DNA of 64,000 nucleotides from Lama glama (lineage: Eukaryota), in contig CM052817.1 of the NCBI GenBank assembly GCA_028534125.1, positions 79,548,001 through 79,612,000 of the forward strand. The letters are read 5' to 3'. Of the stretch, positions 60,101 through 64,000 are shown one piece after another. The stretch's first letter is position 1; each line of letters starts with the position of its first letter. Below the pieces are notes generated by a model. The model made no database searches. It had not been told where the DNA came from and was given only the letters and a program-made list of their open reading frames with translations. Both the position numbers and the translations under genes were made by a program.

Positions 60101-62855
60101 GTACAGTTCATTGACATGAACCTTTTCCACTGTATGTCAAGACTGCTTCATCATGGCTTTTACCTATATGCTTTATCACATGCTATCTGTGGAATTCCAA
60201 GGCTGTAGTGTTGAGTTGTTCTTCTGCTGTACTTCTTTCTACTCATTCATTTCACAAAATTCAGTGAGTGTCTATGATGTTCAAAGTACTGTTCTAAGCA
60301 TTGAAAAGAAAGAACATGAAATCAAGAAAGACAGTATCTCTGCTTTATATCTGTACCAGTAAAGCCTACAAATTTTTAATTAAGTAGTAGCTACTCATTA
60401 CGAATTGGACTTCTGTCATTTCTTTGCCACTCTCTGAAAAAAAATTGGAAAATGCAAGTTAAATTTCTTGCTTTGTATTAATTTCTTTTAATGTGTTAGA
60501 TAATTGTTAGATTAATTTCTTTGGGTGATTAGATTTTAAGAAGTATAGTGAGGTTTTTTTTTCTTTTAATCTTCACTGTCTATACTTTTTTAGAGGTTGT
60601 ACAGATCCCTAAGATAAATTGAAGAAAAGAGGAGTTCTGAATGGGGGAGAAAAACAAAATGGAATTTTGTGTGTTGTGTATGTGTAATATGTCAGTGTTC
60701 ATTCTCTTACATGTCAGCCCATACATGCATTCTTCTGTAAACTCTAAGAAATAGAATAATATTTAGTACAAACAGCATAAAATGTATTTAAATATTTTTA
60801 GAAAATATTTTTTCTTCAGTATGATTTAAATGCATGAAAAATCTTAAGTCATTTACTTCATTGAATGATTAAAAAGCATTTGTCTTGCTCTCAAAATATT
60901 TTTTCAAAATTTCTCTTTACTTGGCCATATTTTAATAATCCTCCTTCTCCATTGCTAGAACTGTAGTGAAATGTAGTATTGCGAAGTCCCAAGCCCTGTA
61001 CAGTGCCCAGAGAGGGCTGAAGACTAACAATGCCGCCGTGTTCAAAGTAGGAGCTATCAGCATCAACATTCCCCAGCACCCGGCCACCCTACACAGCATG
61101 ATGGTCCGGAGTTCTCACCAACTGTCTAAGCAGATCTCCGATCTCATCAGACAGCCTTCCACAGCGTAAGTTATTTACTTAAGTTCTGTGGTTCTGTGTA
61201 GTATTTATGTCATTCTTTGCTGTGTTAACAATAGTTTGGAGGAAGACAGAGGGTTAAAATCTAAATAGTGACCATTATGGTTAGTGGGGGAGGTGGAAAG
61301 TAGCTAAACATGGTTGTAGGAGAATCATGTTGGATATTATTAAAGTTCTCTCTCACGAATGAAGTTGTCAGTTTTTGATATCACATCAGTAAAGCTTTAG
61401 AGATTTGTGGACCTCATAAAAGGTACTAATAAAAAACAAAGTGATAAATTCTAGGACTGTATCAATCCTTATGTGCTTCAAACTCATTGAAATTTGTGAC
61501 TGCATAGGTTTATAAAATTGCAGTGGACATTTATGCCCTATGCGTGGTTTTGTGCTGTCCTCTGTATGAAATATTGTACATGGTTCAAGGCAGGATTTGA
61601 TTATGCTATATAAATACTTTAAAGGCAGTAAATTGGACATTTGCACAGTAACCTTTATTCCCTGGGTCTGCATTGCTGAGTTTTATTCCTGGTCTCCAAA
61701 GCTGTAACTAAATGAATAACTAATAGAAATATAAGTAACAGGTAAAAATTTGTCATGTTATGTTTCCTCTTTCCTATCCCATAAGGTAGAAAAACATTAG
61801 TGCATTTTTTGATGGTGTCGTAAAGCAGTGGTTTTTCCAATTAGTCTATCTAGAGCTTTGCTTTTGATAAAATATTAATTCATGTCTGTTTGACAAAGTA
61901 GTAATAATTTAAATATGCTTCTCCTTTCAATGGAATGTGGAATCCAGGATGTGTACATGAGCCTTAGTTATAAAATACTCTAGGGAATTTTTCCTTATTA
62001 GAACATATCAGCAGTAAAGTGGAGTGGTTAAAAAAAAATCACTCTGGAGTCAGACTGACTGAGTTCAAATCTAATTTCGCCACTTTCTAGCTATGCTTCC
62101 TCATTTATAAAATGGAGATAACAGTACCAACTCACAGGGTTTTGTGGGATGAATATAAATGATATAAAACACACAAAGAACAGTACCTGGCACACAGTAA
62201 GCACTTGCATAATTACTGTTCGTGTTGGTGGTGGTATTATTTGTAGTGGCAGTAGTAGTAATAATGTTACAATCCACGGTAGAGTGCATACTGGTTAAGT
62301 CATGGAATTTGGAGTCAGACAAATGTGAGTTTAAACTTCAGTTTCACATTAGTGATATGAGTGGCCTTGGCAGTATAACATTCCAGTTTATATTGTTATG
62401 ATAACTTCTTGTTTACTTTTTTCTACATCATCATTTTTCAGTGGCTGTTTTGAGGAAGTCAGTATGATCTGCTATTGGAAAGAAAACATCTGTTCAGTTT
62501 ATTTTTGCTATTTTTTATTGAGAATTCCAGTTTCACACAGTTTTTGTTTTTTATACAATTTAAATTTTATTAGTAGCTGCTCTAATTCTCTTTTTTAAAT
62601 TTTTTTTGCTTTATAGCCCACAGCCTGTAAAAGAAGATATTGCAACCCCACTACCTTCTGAAAAAACCCCAACGAGTGTTAATCAAACTCCTGTTGAAAC
62701 AAACGAATTTCCTCAGCTACCAGAAGGTTTAGAAAAGAAGCCTATTGTCCTTAAATTCAGTGCCATGTTAGATGGGATAGCCATCGGAGCAGCACTTTTA
62801 CCATCTCTGAAAGCAGAATACAAGATGGGAAGAATGCGAAGTCATGGAATGACAG
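15..62855 (+). CDS. BLTP1: Bridge-like lipid transfer protein family member 1 (KIAA1109), internal part: 37 exons, 7536 nt, 2512 codons, open at both ends
   Basis: Exon peptides (DLIQDWSSD.., [20 protein letters not shown].., [12 protein letters not shown].., [16 protein letters not shown]..) recognised as KIAA1109/BLTP1. All junctions are GT-AG with compatible phases and the spliced frame has no stop. Confidence 0.96.
441..538 (+). CDS. BLTP1: BLTP1 exon 2 (98 nt): [33 protein letters not shown]
   Basis: Long polypyrimidine tract + gcag|, AGA|gtacgt; phase 1-0. Confidence 0.92.
845..975 (-). mobile_element. MIR SINE fragment
   Basis: aagaaactaagg..taacttgtc..agctagtgagtggc..tttgaacccaggca resembles the MIR core in reverse orientation; boundaries approximate. 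Confidence 0.7.
1500..1678 (+). CDS. BLTP1: BLTP1 exon 3 (179 nt): [26 protein letters not shown]
   Basis: tttttag|, AA|gtaagt; phase 0-2. Confidence 0.92.
1840..1946 (+). CDS. BLTP1: BLTP1 exon 4 (107 nt): [35 protein letters not shown]
   Basis: tcttcaaag|, T|gtaagt; phase 2-1. Confidence 0.92.
2105..2320 (-). mobile_element. MIR SINE
   Basis: attgagcattta..tctcatttaatccc..caactccgtgaggtaggtattatt..agagctggaatatgaatctagg. Confidence 0.75.
2933..3138 (+). CDS. BLTP1: BLTP1 exon 5 (206 nt): [29 protein letters not shown]
   Basis: ttttcccag|, AAG|gtatgg; phase 1-0; lies in ORF 2884..3171. Confidence 0.93.
8638..8865 (+). CDS. BLTP1: BLTP1 exon 6 (228 nt): [27 protein letters not shown]
   Basis: tttatag|, GTT|gtaagt; phase 0-0. 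Confidence 0.93.
9670..9807 (+). CDS. BLTP1: BLTP1 exon 7 (138 nt): [46 protein letters not shown]
   Basis: actttag|, CAG|gtaatg; phase 0-0. Confidence 0.93.
10728..10972 (-). mobile_element. Old L1 3' end (L1MB/L1MC-like)
   Basis: T-run followed by attatagatttacagg..tatcaaaaccagg..gacattggtacaat..catgtgtagatt.. Confidence 0.65.
11806..11978 (-). mobile_element. MaLR LTR fragment (MLT1C/D-like)
   Basis: tgtatgttagtttccagggctgccgtagcagagtacc..ctgggtggcttaaaacagcagaaatt..agttctggag..gcagggccatgctc. Confidence 0.8.
12170..12568. mobile_element. L1 ORF2 3' fragment with internal inversion (12170-12260 minus, 12259-12568 plus)
   Basis: ttatccattcatccactgatggacacttaggttgtttcca (L1 antisense) abuts aaaccacaat..gctggtgaggatgtgg..gccactatggaaaacagtatgg (L1 sense). 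ORF 12355..12615 is ORF2-like ([21 protein letters not shown]). Confidence 0.88.
12920..13200 (-). mobile_element. L2 fragment
   Basis: Purine-rich atttgccttttgaaagatctctgtgg..tgtagagtatgg..ggaggct..ggtcctggtaagagat pattern; boundaries approximate. Confidence 0.6.
13837..14016 (+). CDS. BLTP1: BLTP1 exon 8 (180 nt; 177 nt if the distal AG is used): [24 protein letters not shown]
   Basis: tttcag|cag| tandem acceptor, CAG|gtatgt; phase 0-0. Confidence 0.92.
14395..14531 (-). mobile_element. tRNA-derived SINE, Vic-1-like (camelid)
   Basis: Reverse complement ggggagggtatatagctcagtggtagagcacatgcttagcatgcacgaggtcctgggttcaatccccagtacc with A/B boxes and an A-tail; 12-nt TSD tgtatatttctt at 14383-14394 and 14538-14549. 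Confidence 0.88.
14787..14888. mobile_element. Short Tigger-family MITE (MER2/Tigger3-like)
   Basis: Degenerate TIRs cagttagccgtccctgtctgcaggtt ... aacctgtggatatggagggctgac; internal ggttccacatccacaggttcaaccaacc. Confidence 0.6.
14968..15450 (+). mobile_element. Internally deleted Tigger1 DNA transposon (483 bp, non-autonomous)
   Basis: TIRs cagacatacctc / gaagtatgcctg flanked by TA on both sides; Tigger1 5' and 3' arms fused with no transposase ORF. Confidence 0.85.
16125..16268 (-). mobile_element. L1 3' UTR fragment with (TATG)n tail
   Basis: aagtatagccagtttagaatgtgtcagtttctggtgtacagcataatgtttcagtcatacatat..tactacaagat. Confidence 0.75.
16812..16940 (+). CDS. BLTP1: BLTP1 exon 9 (129 nt): [43 protein letters not shown]
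   Basis: tttgtag|, AAG|gtatgt; phase 0-0. Confidence 0.93.
18006..18240 (-). mobile_element. Old L1 3' end (L1MB/L1ME-like)
   Basis: cagctttattgaggcataatttac..aaattcacccttttaag..agaacattt..taaccactgat. Confidence 0.7.
19001..19120 (+). CDS. BLTP1: BLTP1 exon 10 (120 nt): [40 protein letters not shown]
   Basis: cattttag|, AAG|gtacat; phase 0-0. Confidence 0.93.
19820..20100 (+). CDS. BLTP1: BLTP1 exon 11 (281 nt): [25 protein letters not shown]
   Basis: cctttag|, AG|gtaagt; phase 0-2. Confidence 0.94.
20977..21299. mobile_element. MER53-like hAT MITE interrupted by a SINE
   Basis: tagtattgccagataaaatacagga..aaattgaacttcaaataaacaac // tttttagtataggtacgtccca..tttttatttgctaaacctggtacccta. Confidence 0.75.
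21041..21214 (+). mobile_element. tRNA-derived SINE, Vic-1-like (camelid)
   Basis: ggggagggtataactcaagtggtagaatgcatggttagcatacacgagg..ttcaatccctggtacc plus A-rich tail; TSD aacaacaaata at 21029-21039 and 21215-21225. Confidence 0.87.
21696..21866. mobile_element. MER5A-like hAT-Charlie MITE
   Basis: cagtgtttct..cccagacct..aactctggaggtggagcccagc..agccctccaggtaattctaatgca..aaatttgag. Confidence 0.75.
23134..23384 (+). CDS. BLTP1: BLTP1 exon 12 (251 nt): [35 protein letters not shown]
   Basis: ctgtttag|, G|gtaatg; phase 2-1. Confidence 0.93.
24485..24675 (-). mobile_element. MIR fragment
   Basis: tatagtgaagtagatgaggttc..gttgcatgaagtcatacagtcttgtacatggctgagc..ctggaatcaga. Confidence 0.55.
25322..25771 (+). 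mobile_element. Old L1 3' end (L1MC4/5-like)
   Basis: aaaggctgaggaa..cagattaaagaa..atgacaactgaa..cctagattggatcctg..gtagattagataacagtat..aagtttgaaaattttt plus A-tail. Confidence 0.75.
25977..26235 (+). CDS. BLTP1: BLTP1 exon 13 (259 nt): [22 protein letters not shown]
   Basis: atttag|; the donor must be AAG|gtcagt (after 26235) to match the phase-2 start of exon 14. Confidence 0.88.
26530..27060 (+). mobile_element. L2 fragment
   Basis: Pyrimidine-rich; acctcaaactcaacat..ctcagtaaatgacac..cagttgccgaagtcagaaa. Confidence 0.65.
27412..28249 (+). CDS. BLTP1: BLTP1 exon 14 (838 nt): [26 protein letters not shown], Ser-rich and probably disordered
   Basis: gttttag|, AAG|gtatga; phase 2-0; ORF 27443..28255. 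Confidence 0.95.
28885..29475 (+). mobile_element. Relatively young 5'-truncated L1 (ORF2 end + 3' UTR + A-tail)
   Basis: gacacatgcaccccagtgttcata..caacctaaatgtccatc..catttgcagcaacatggatg..ctaagtgaagttagtcaga..actataactcaataaataaaaag. Confidence 0.9.
29875..29945 (+). CDS. BLTP1: BLTP1 exon 15 (71 nt): [24 protein letters not shown]
   Basis: attctag|, AA|gtaagt; phase 0-2 bridges exons 14 and 16. Confidence 0.9.
30492..30665 (+). CDS. BLTP1: BLTP1 exon 16 (174 nt): [18 protein letters not shown]
   Basis: tatatag|, AG|gtatta; phase 2-2. Confidence 0.91.
31160..31280 (+). CDS. BLTP1: BLTP1 exon 17 (121 nt): [40 protein letters not shown]
   Basis: cccacag|, AAT|gtaaga; phase 2-0. Confidence 0.92.
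32314..32460 (+). CDS. BLTP1: BLTP1 exon 18 (147 nt): [19 protein letters not shown]
   Basis: cttttttag|, AAG|gtaaca; phase 0-0. Confidence 0.9.
32855..32982 (+). CDS. BLTP1: BLTP1 exon 19 (128 nt): [23 protein letters not shown]
   Basis: gtgttag|, AG|gtaaga; phase 0-2. Confidence 0.92.
33311..33510 (+). CDS. BLTP1: BLTP1 exon 20 (200 nt): [19 protein letters not shown]
   Basis: cataaag|, G|gtaaga; phase 2-1. Confidence 0.92.
35779..35976 (+). CDS. BLTP1: BLTP1 exon 21 (198 nt): [35 protein letters not shown]
   Basis: taatag|, G|gtaagc; phase 1-1. Confidence 0.92.
36466..36504. repeat. Short tandem duplication: tatgcctacaattcat x2 (period 23)
   Basis: Copies at 36466-36481 and 36489-36504. 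Confidence 0.8.
36668..36879 (+). CDS. BLTP1: BLTP1 exon 22 (212 nt): [20 protein letters not shown]
   Basis: tttatag|; the weak donor CAA|gttggt is required for a phase-0 join to exon 23. Confidence 0.87.
37415..37600 (+). mobile_element. MIR fragment
   Basis: ggtggcctcaggcaagc..aacttctcttaagtttcag..gagttgtgaagattgaa..gtgtctagggcatagtaagaactt. Confidence 0.65.
38421..39068. mobile_element. MER46C-like Tigger element split by an L1 insertion
   Basis: Left end cacagcccttgtttgaaacacactgagccagatgtgtttgagaatttaga; right end gaattgcagataagggaatgtggactta. Confidence 0.65.
38501..38826. mobile_element. L1 3' UTR insertion with 5' inversion (38501-38639 minus, 38637-38826 plus)
   Basis: tttagattccacatataagtgat (antisense) joined to ttagagatacaaat..aagctacaaggacatactgtacaacacag (sense); degenerate TSD aag(g/c)aaatatg ending at 38500 and 38843. 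Confidence 0.82.
39603..39637 (+). repeat. (AAAAC)7 microsatellite next to a MIR fragment (about 39480-39600)
   Basis: Read directly from the sequence. Confidence 0.95.
39948..40099 (+). CDS. BLTP1: BLTP1 exon 23 (152 nt): [28 protein letters not shown]
   Basis: tatatag|, AG|gtaaaa; phase 0-2. Confidence 0.91.
40516..40666 (+). CDS. BLTP1: BLTP1 exon 24 (151 nt): [31 protein letters not shown]
   Basis: ttttaaag|, GAG|gtatgt; phase 2-0. Confidence 0.9.
40840..40992 (+). CDS. BLTP1: BLTP1 exon 25 (153 nt): [34 protein letters not shown]
   Basis: ttttcag|, ATG|gtgagt; phase 0-0. Confidence 0.93.
41050..41440 (-). mobile_element. L2 fragment
   Basis: Purine-rich ttgggagttgccggcatgaaggtg..gaggtaggaaaacaagg..ggaagccaagg..gaatttcaag..gtcaaat..atgaggactg. 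Confidence 0.65.
42638..42878 (+). CDS. BLTP1: BLTP1 exon 26 (241 nt): [30 protein letters not shown]
   Basis: cctaac branch candidate, gtcatag|, G|gtaact; phase 0-1. Confidence 0.93.
43888..44030 (+). CDS. BLTP1: BLTP1 exon 27 (143 nt): [19 protein letters not shown]
   Basis: ctttcag|, AAG|gtacat; phase 1-0. Confidence 0.92.
44460..44705 (+). mobile_element. MIR SINE
   Basis: ggaggcagactgccttggtttcagtcctgactctaccacttag..aaaatggagattataatagtaacc..cctggtacatagtaggcatttaataa. Confidence 0.8.
44800..45690 (+). mobile_element. Old degenerate L1 (L1ME-like) ORF2 end and 3' region
   Basis: tttgactatattaaaat..ggcagttcacagagaa..aatgttggtgaag..gaacagtttggcaat..ccttttaacccag..taaagaaataa. Confidence 0.65.
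45997..46860 (-). mobile_element. Relatively young 5'-truncated L1, same family as 28885-29475; contains the assembly gap
   Basis: ttttattgagttatagtcattttacaatgttgtatc.. and tttaggtcttctacccattttt..tcctttgctgtgcagaagc; TSD gcatagtct at 45988-45996 and 46859-46867. Confidence 0.88.
46184..46683. other. Assembly gap (500 N)
   Basis: Run of n. Confidence 1.
47375..47594 (+). CDS. BLTP1: BLTP1 exon 28 (220 nt): [20 protein letters not shown]
   Basis: ttttgtag|, G|gtatat; phase 0-1. Confidence 0.92.
48026..48184 (+). CDS. BLTP1: BLTP1 exon 29 (159 nt): [20 protein letters not shown]
   Basis: attttcag|, G|gtattg; phase 1-1. Confidence 0.91.
48865..48890 (+). repeat. (AC)13 microsatellite
   Basis: Read directly from the sequence. 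Confidence 0.95.
49795..49970 (+). CDS. BLTP1: BLTP1 exon 30 (176 nt): [25 protein letters not shown]
   Basis: ctgtcag|, CAG|gtgagc; phase 1-0. Confidence 0.92.
50290..52100 (-). mobile_element. Scattered degenerate L2 fragments
   Basis: Purine-rich tracts such as gcagtggggaggcactgaagattttggaacag and gaatgtatagtgaaagag..gacagcatctatatttagg..aaggaggaaaagg; extent approximate. Confidence 0.45.
52697..52872 (+). CDS. BLTP1: BLTP1 exon 31 (176 nt): [21 protein letters not shown]
   Basis: cttttag|, AG|gtatct; phase 0-2. Confidence 0.92.
53188..53894 (+). CDS. BLTP1: BLTP1 exon 32 (707 nt): [22 protein letters not shown]
   Basis: tttttag|, G|gtaatg; phase 2-1; ORF 53198..53917. Confidence 0.95.
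54335..54580 (+). CDS. BLTP1: BLTP1 exon 33 (246 nt): [23 protein letters not shown]
   Basis: tatgaag|, G|gtagga; phase 1-1. Confidence 0.91.
55086..55179 (+). CDS. BLTP1: BLTP1 exon 34 (94 nt): [32 protein letters not shown]
   Basis: atttaag|, CA|gtaagt; phase 1-2. Confidence 0.92.
56325..56535 (-). mobile_element. MIR SINE
   Basis: ttaatcctcaacacaatcctg..tatctccactttacaaag..aaattgagattcagaa..cccgaaatgg..cacagtcagtaag. Confidence 0.7.
57079..57129 (+). CDS. BLTP1: BLTP1 exon 35 (51 nt, symmetric, probable alternative cassette): [17 protein letters not shown]
   Basis: Long pyrimidine tract + gtgtag|, weak CT|gtatgt donor; phase 2-2 matches both neighbours; no stop. Confidence 0.75.
60959..61165 (+). 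CDS. BLTP1: BLTP1 exon 36 (207 nt): [27 protein letters not shown]
   Basis: ttgctag|, GC|gtaagt; phase 2-2. Confidence 0.93.
62010..62380 (+). mobile_element. Two tandem MIR copies (about 62010-62225 and 62270-62380)
   Basis: ctctggagtcagactgactgagttcaaatc..cctcatttataaaatggagataacagtacc..gaacagtacctggcacacagtaagcact; second copy tttggagtcagac. Confidence 0.8.
62617..62855 (+). CDS. BLTP1: BLTP1 exon 37 (239 nt): [20 protein letters not shown]
   Basis: tttatag|, G|gtaatg; phase 2-1. Confidence 0.93.
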
Positions 62856-63269
62856 GTAATGTTGAATTTGGAATTCATTCTTAAAATTTATGACTGGTTT
62901 CAGAAATTCGTAATATTTTGGTGAAAAGTAAATTTGGTCTTACTGATTTTATATGAAAATTTAGATAATTTTAATCAAAACACTTTTAAACTTCATTAAT
63001 GATGTTCTTAAAAGTATCAGTCCATTTCCTTGAATGACCAGCATGGACCCTGCTTTCTTTAGAACTCTTCGGAGTTACCCACTGTTGAGACCATTTCCAA
63101 CTTAAACTTAAGTTGAATAAATTTCTACATCTGTTAGATTCTTATAGACTGAATAACTTGGTTTATTTTCACATTGAGTGCATTTTGCTCAGATCAGAGG
63201 TGTTTGACTTTTTCAAAATAGCTACTTTTATCAGAGTTTGTGATCCTTATATATCCTCTCCAAAAGCAC

Positions 63270-64000
63270 TTTGCATTTTTATTCTGATATGTATCATATA
63301 CAAAAGTGTGTCAATTATATACACACAGTTTAAAGAACTATAAATTCACCAACCTATTACACAACCTAAGAATTAAAACATTACCAGCAGGTTGAAGACT
63401 CCTTCAAGGAATATTTTCATTATTAGATAAAATTTCCCATGATTGTCTGGTGAATAACCACTGTCAGGTATTTTGTGTTACCCATTCCTTTGCTTTTCTT
63501 TATAGTTTTATCACATATGCACATACTCATAAATAACTTTGTTTGCTGTTGCTTCTTTTAAACATTCATATGGAGTTTCACTAATGTATTTTTTAACTTG
63601 GAATTTTTTTTGTTGTACATTTTGTTTCAGATTCATCTGTATTCATTCATGTGTCTTTGGTTCATTCATTTTCCCCTGAAATAGTCCATTCAATGATTGT
63701 ATCACAGTTTATTTATCCATTCTGCTATTGATGGAGCTTTGGCTCATTTTACTATTTTGCTATTAAATTTGTTCTGGTGCACATGTGCAAGAGTTTCTCA
63801 AGGGTATTTACTTAGGAGTGATACAGTTTAGATTGTAGGGTAAATGCACCTGCAGTTTTACCAGGAAATGTAAAATTGTTTTCCATAGTGCTTGCGTCCA
63901 CCAGTATTTACTCTCCCACCAGTATTAGATGAGAGTTTCCACTGTTCCATGTCCTTACCAACACTTGTTATTATCTGACTTTTAAATTCTTGCTTCTCTG
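63270..64000 (-). mobile_element. Old L1 (L1ME-like) 3' end
   Basis: atcacagtttatttatccattctgctattgatgga..gtgcacatgtgcaagagtttctc..tactctcccaccag..gagagtttcc..ccttaccaacactt. Confidence 0.8.

Noticed and set aside
23092..61079. Minus-strand ORFs overlapping exons (23092, 27686, 28093, 36728, 39830, 42738, 53458, 54259, 60891)
   Set aside because: Short antisense shadows of coding exons, with no coherent splice structure or recognisable protein
1..64000. Prokaryotic systems (CRISPR arrays, operons, defence islands), a CpG-island promoter, or an intronic snoRNA/miRNA
   Set aside because: The sequence is a spliced mammalian gene interior. I saw no repeat-spacer array, CpG island or convincing C/D, H/ACA or hairpin structure by eye; an Infernal/Rfam scan would be needed to exclude small RNAs

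Overview
AT-rich mammalian genomic DNA, probably camelid (two Vic-1-like tRNA-derived SINEs). The whole window lies inside one + strand gene, BLTP1 (KIAA1109; orthologue of tweek/LPD-3/Csf1, a bridge-like lipid transfer protein). I traced 37 internal GT-AG coding exons (15..62855) whose phases join into one uninterrupted 7536-nt frame (2512 codons). The start and stop codons lie outside the window. Introns carry MIR, L2, L1, MaLR/ERVL LTR, Tigger and hAT relics, microsatellites and a 500-N assembly gap inside an L1. I see no evidence of a wholly new gene or biological system. The best leads are: (i) exon 13 rebuilds an identical copy of the upstream donor when spliced and has two overlapping donors at its 3' end; (ii) a phospho-FFAT-like motif next to a polybasic patch in exon 14; (iii) a 51-nt symmetric cassette exon flanked by RBFOX/QKI/MBNL-type motifs; (iv) a U12-type donor motif overlapping a U2 donor; (v) two twin-priming L1 inversions and a triple-nested repeat. 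Exon numbers are local to this window. Repeat family names and human comparisons come from memory, not from database searches.
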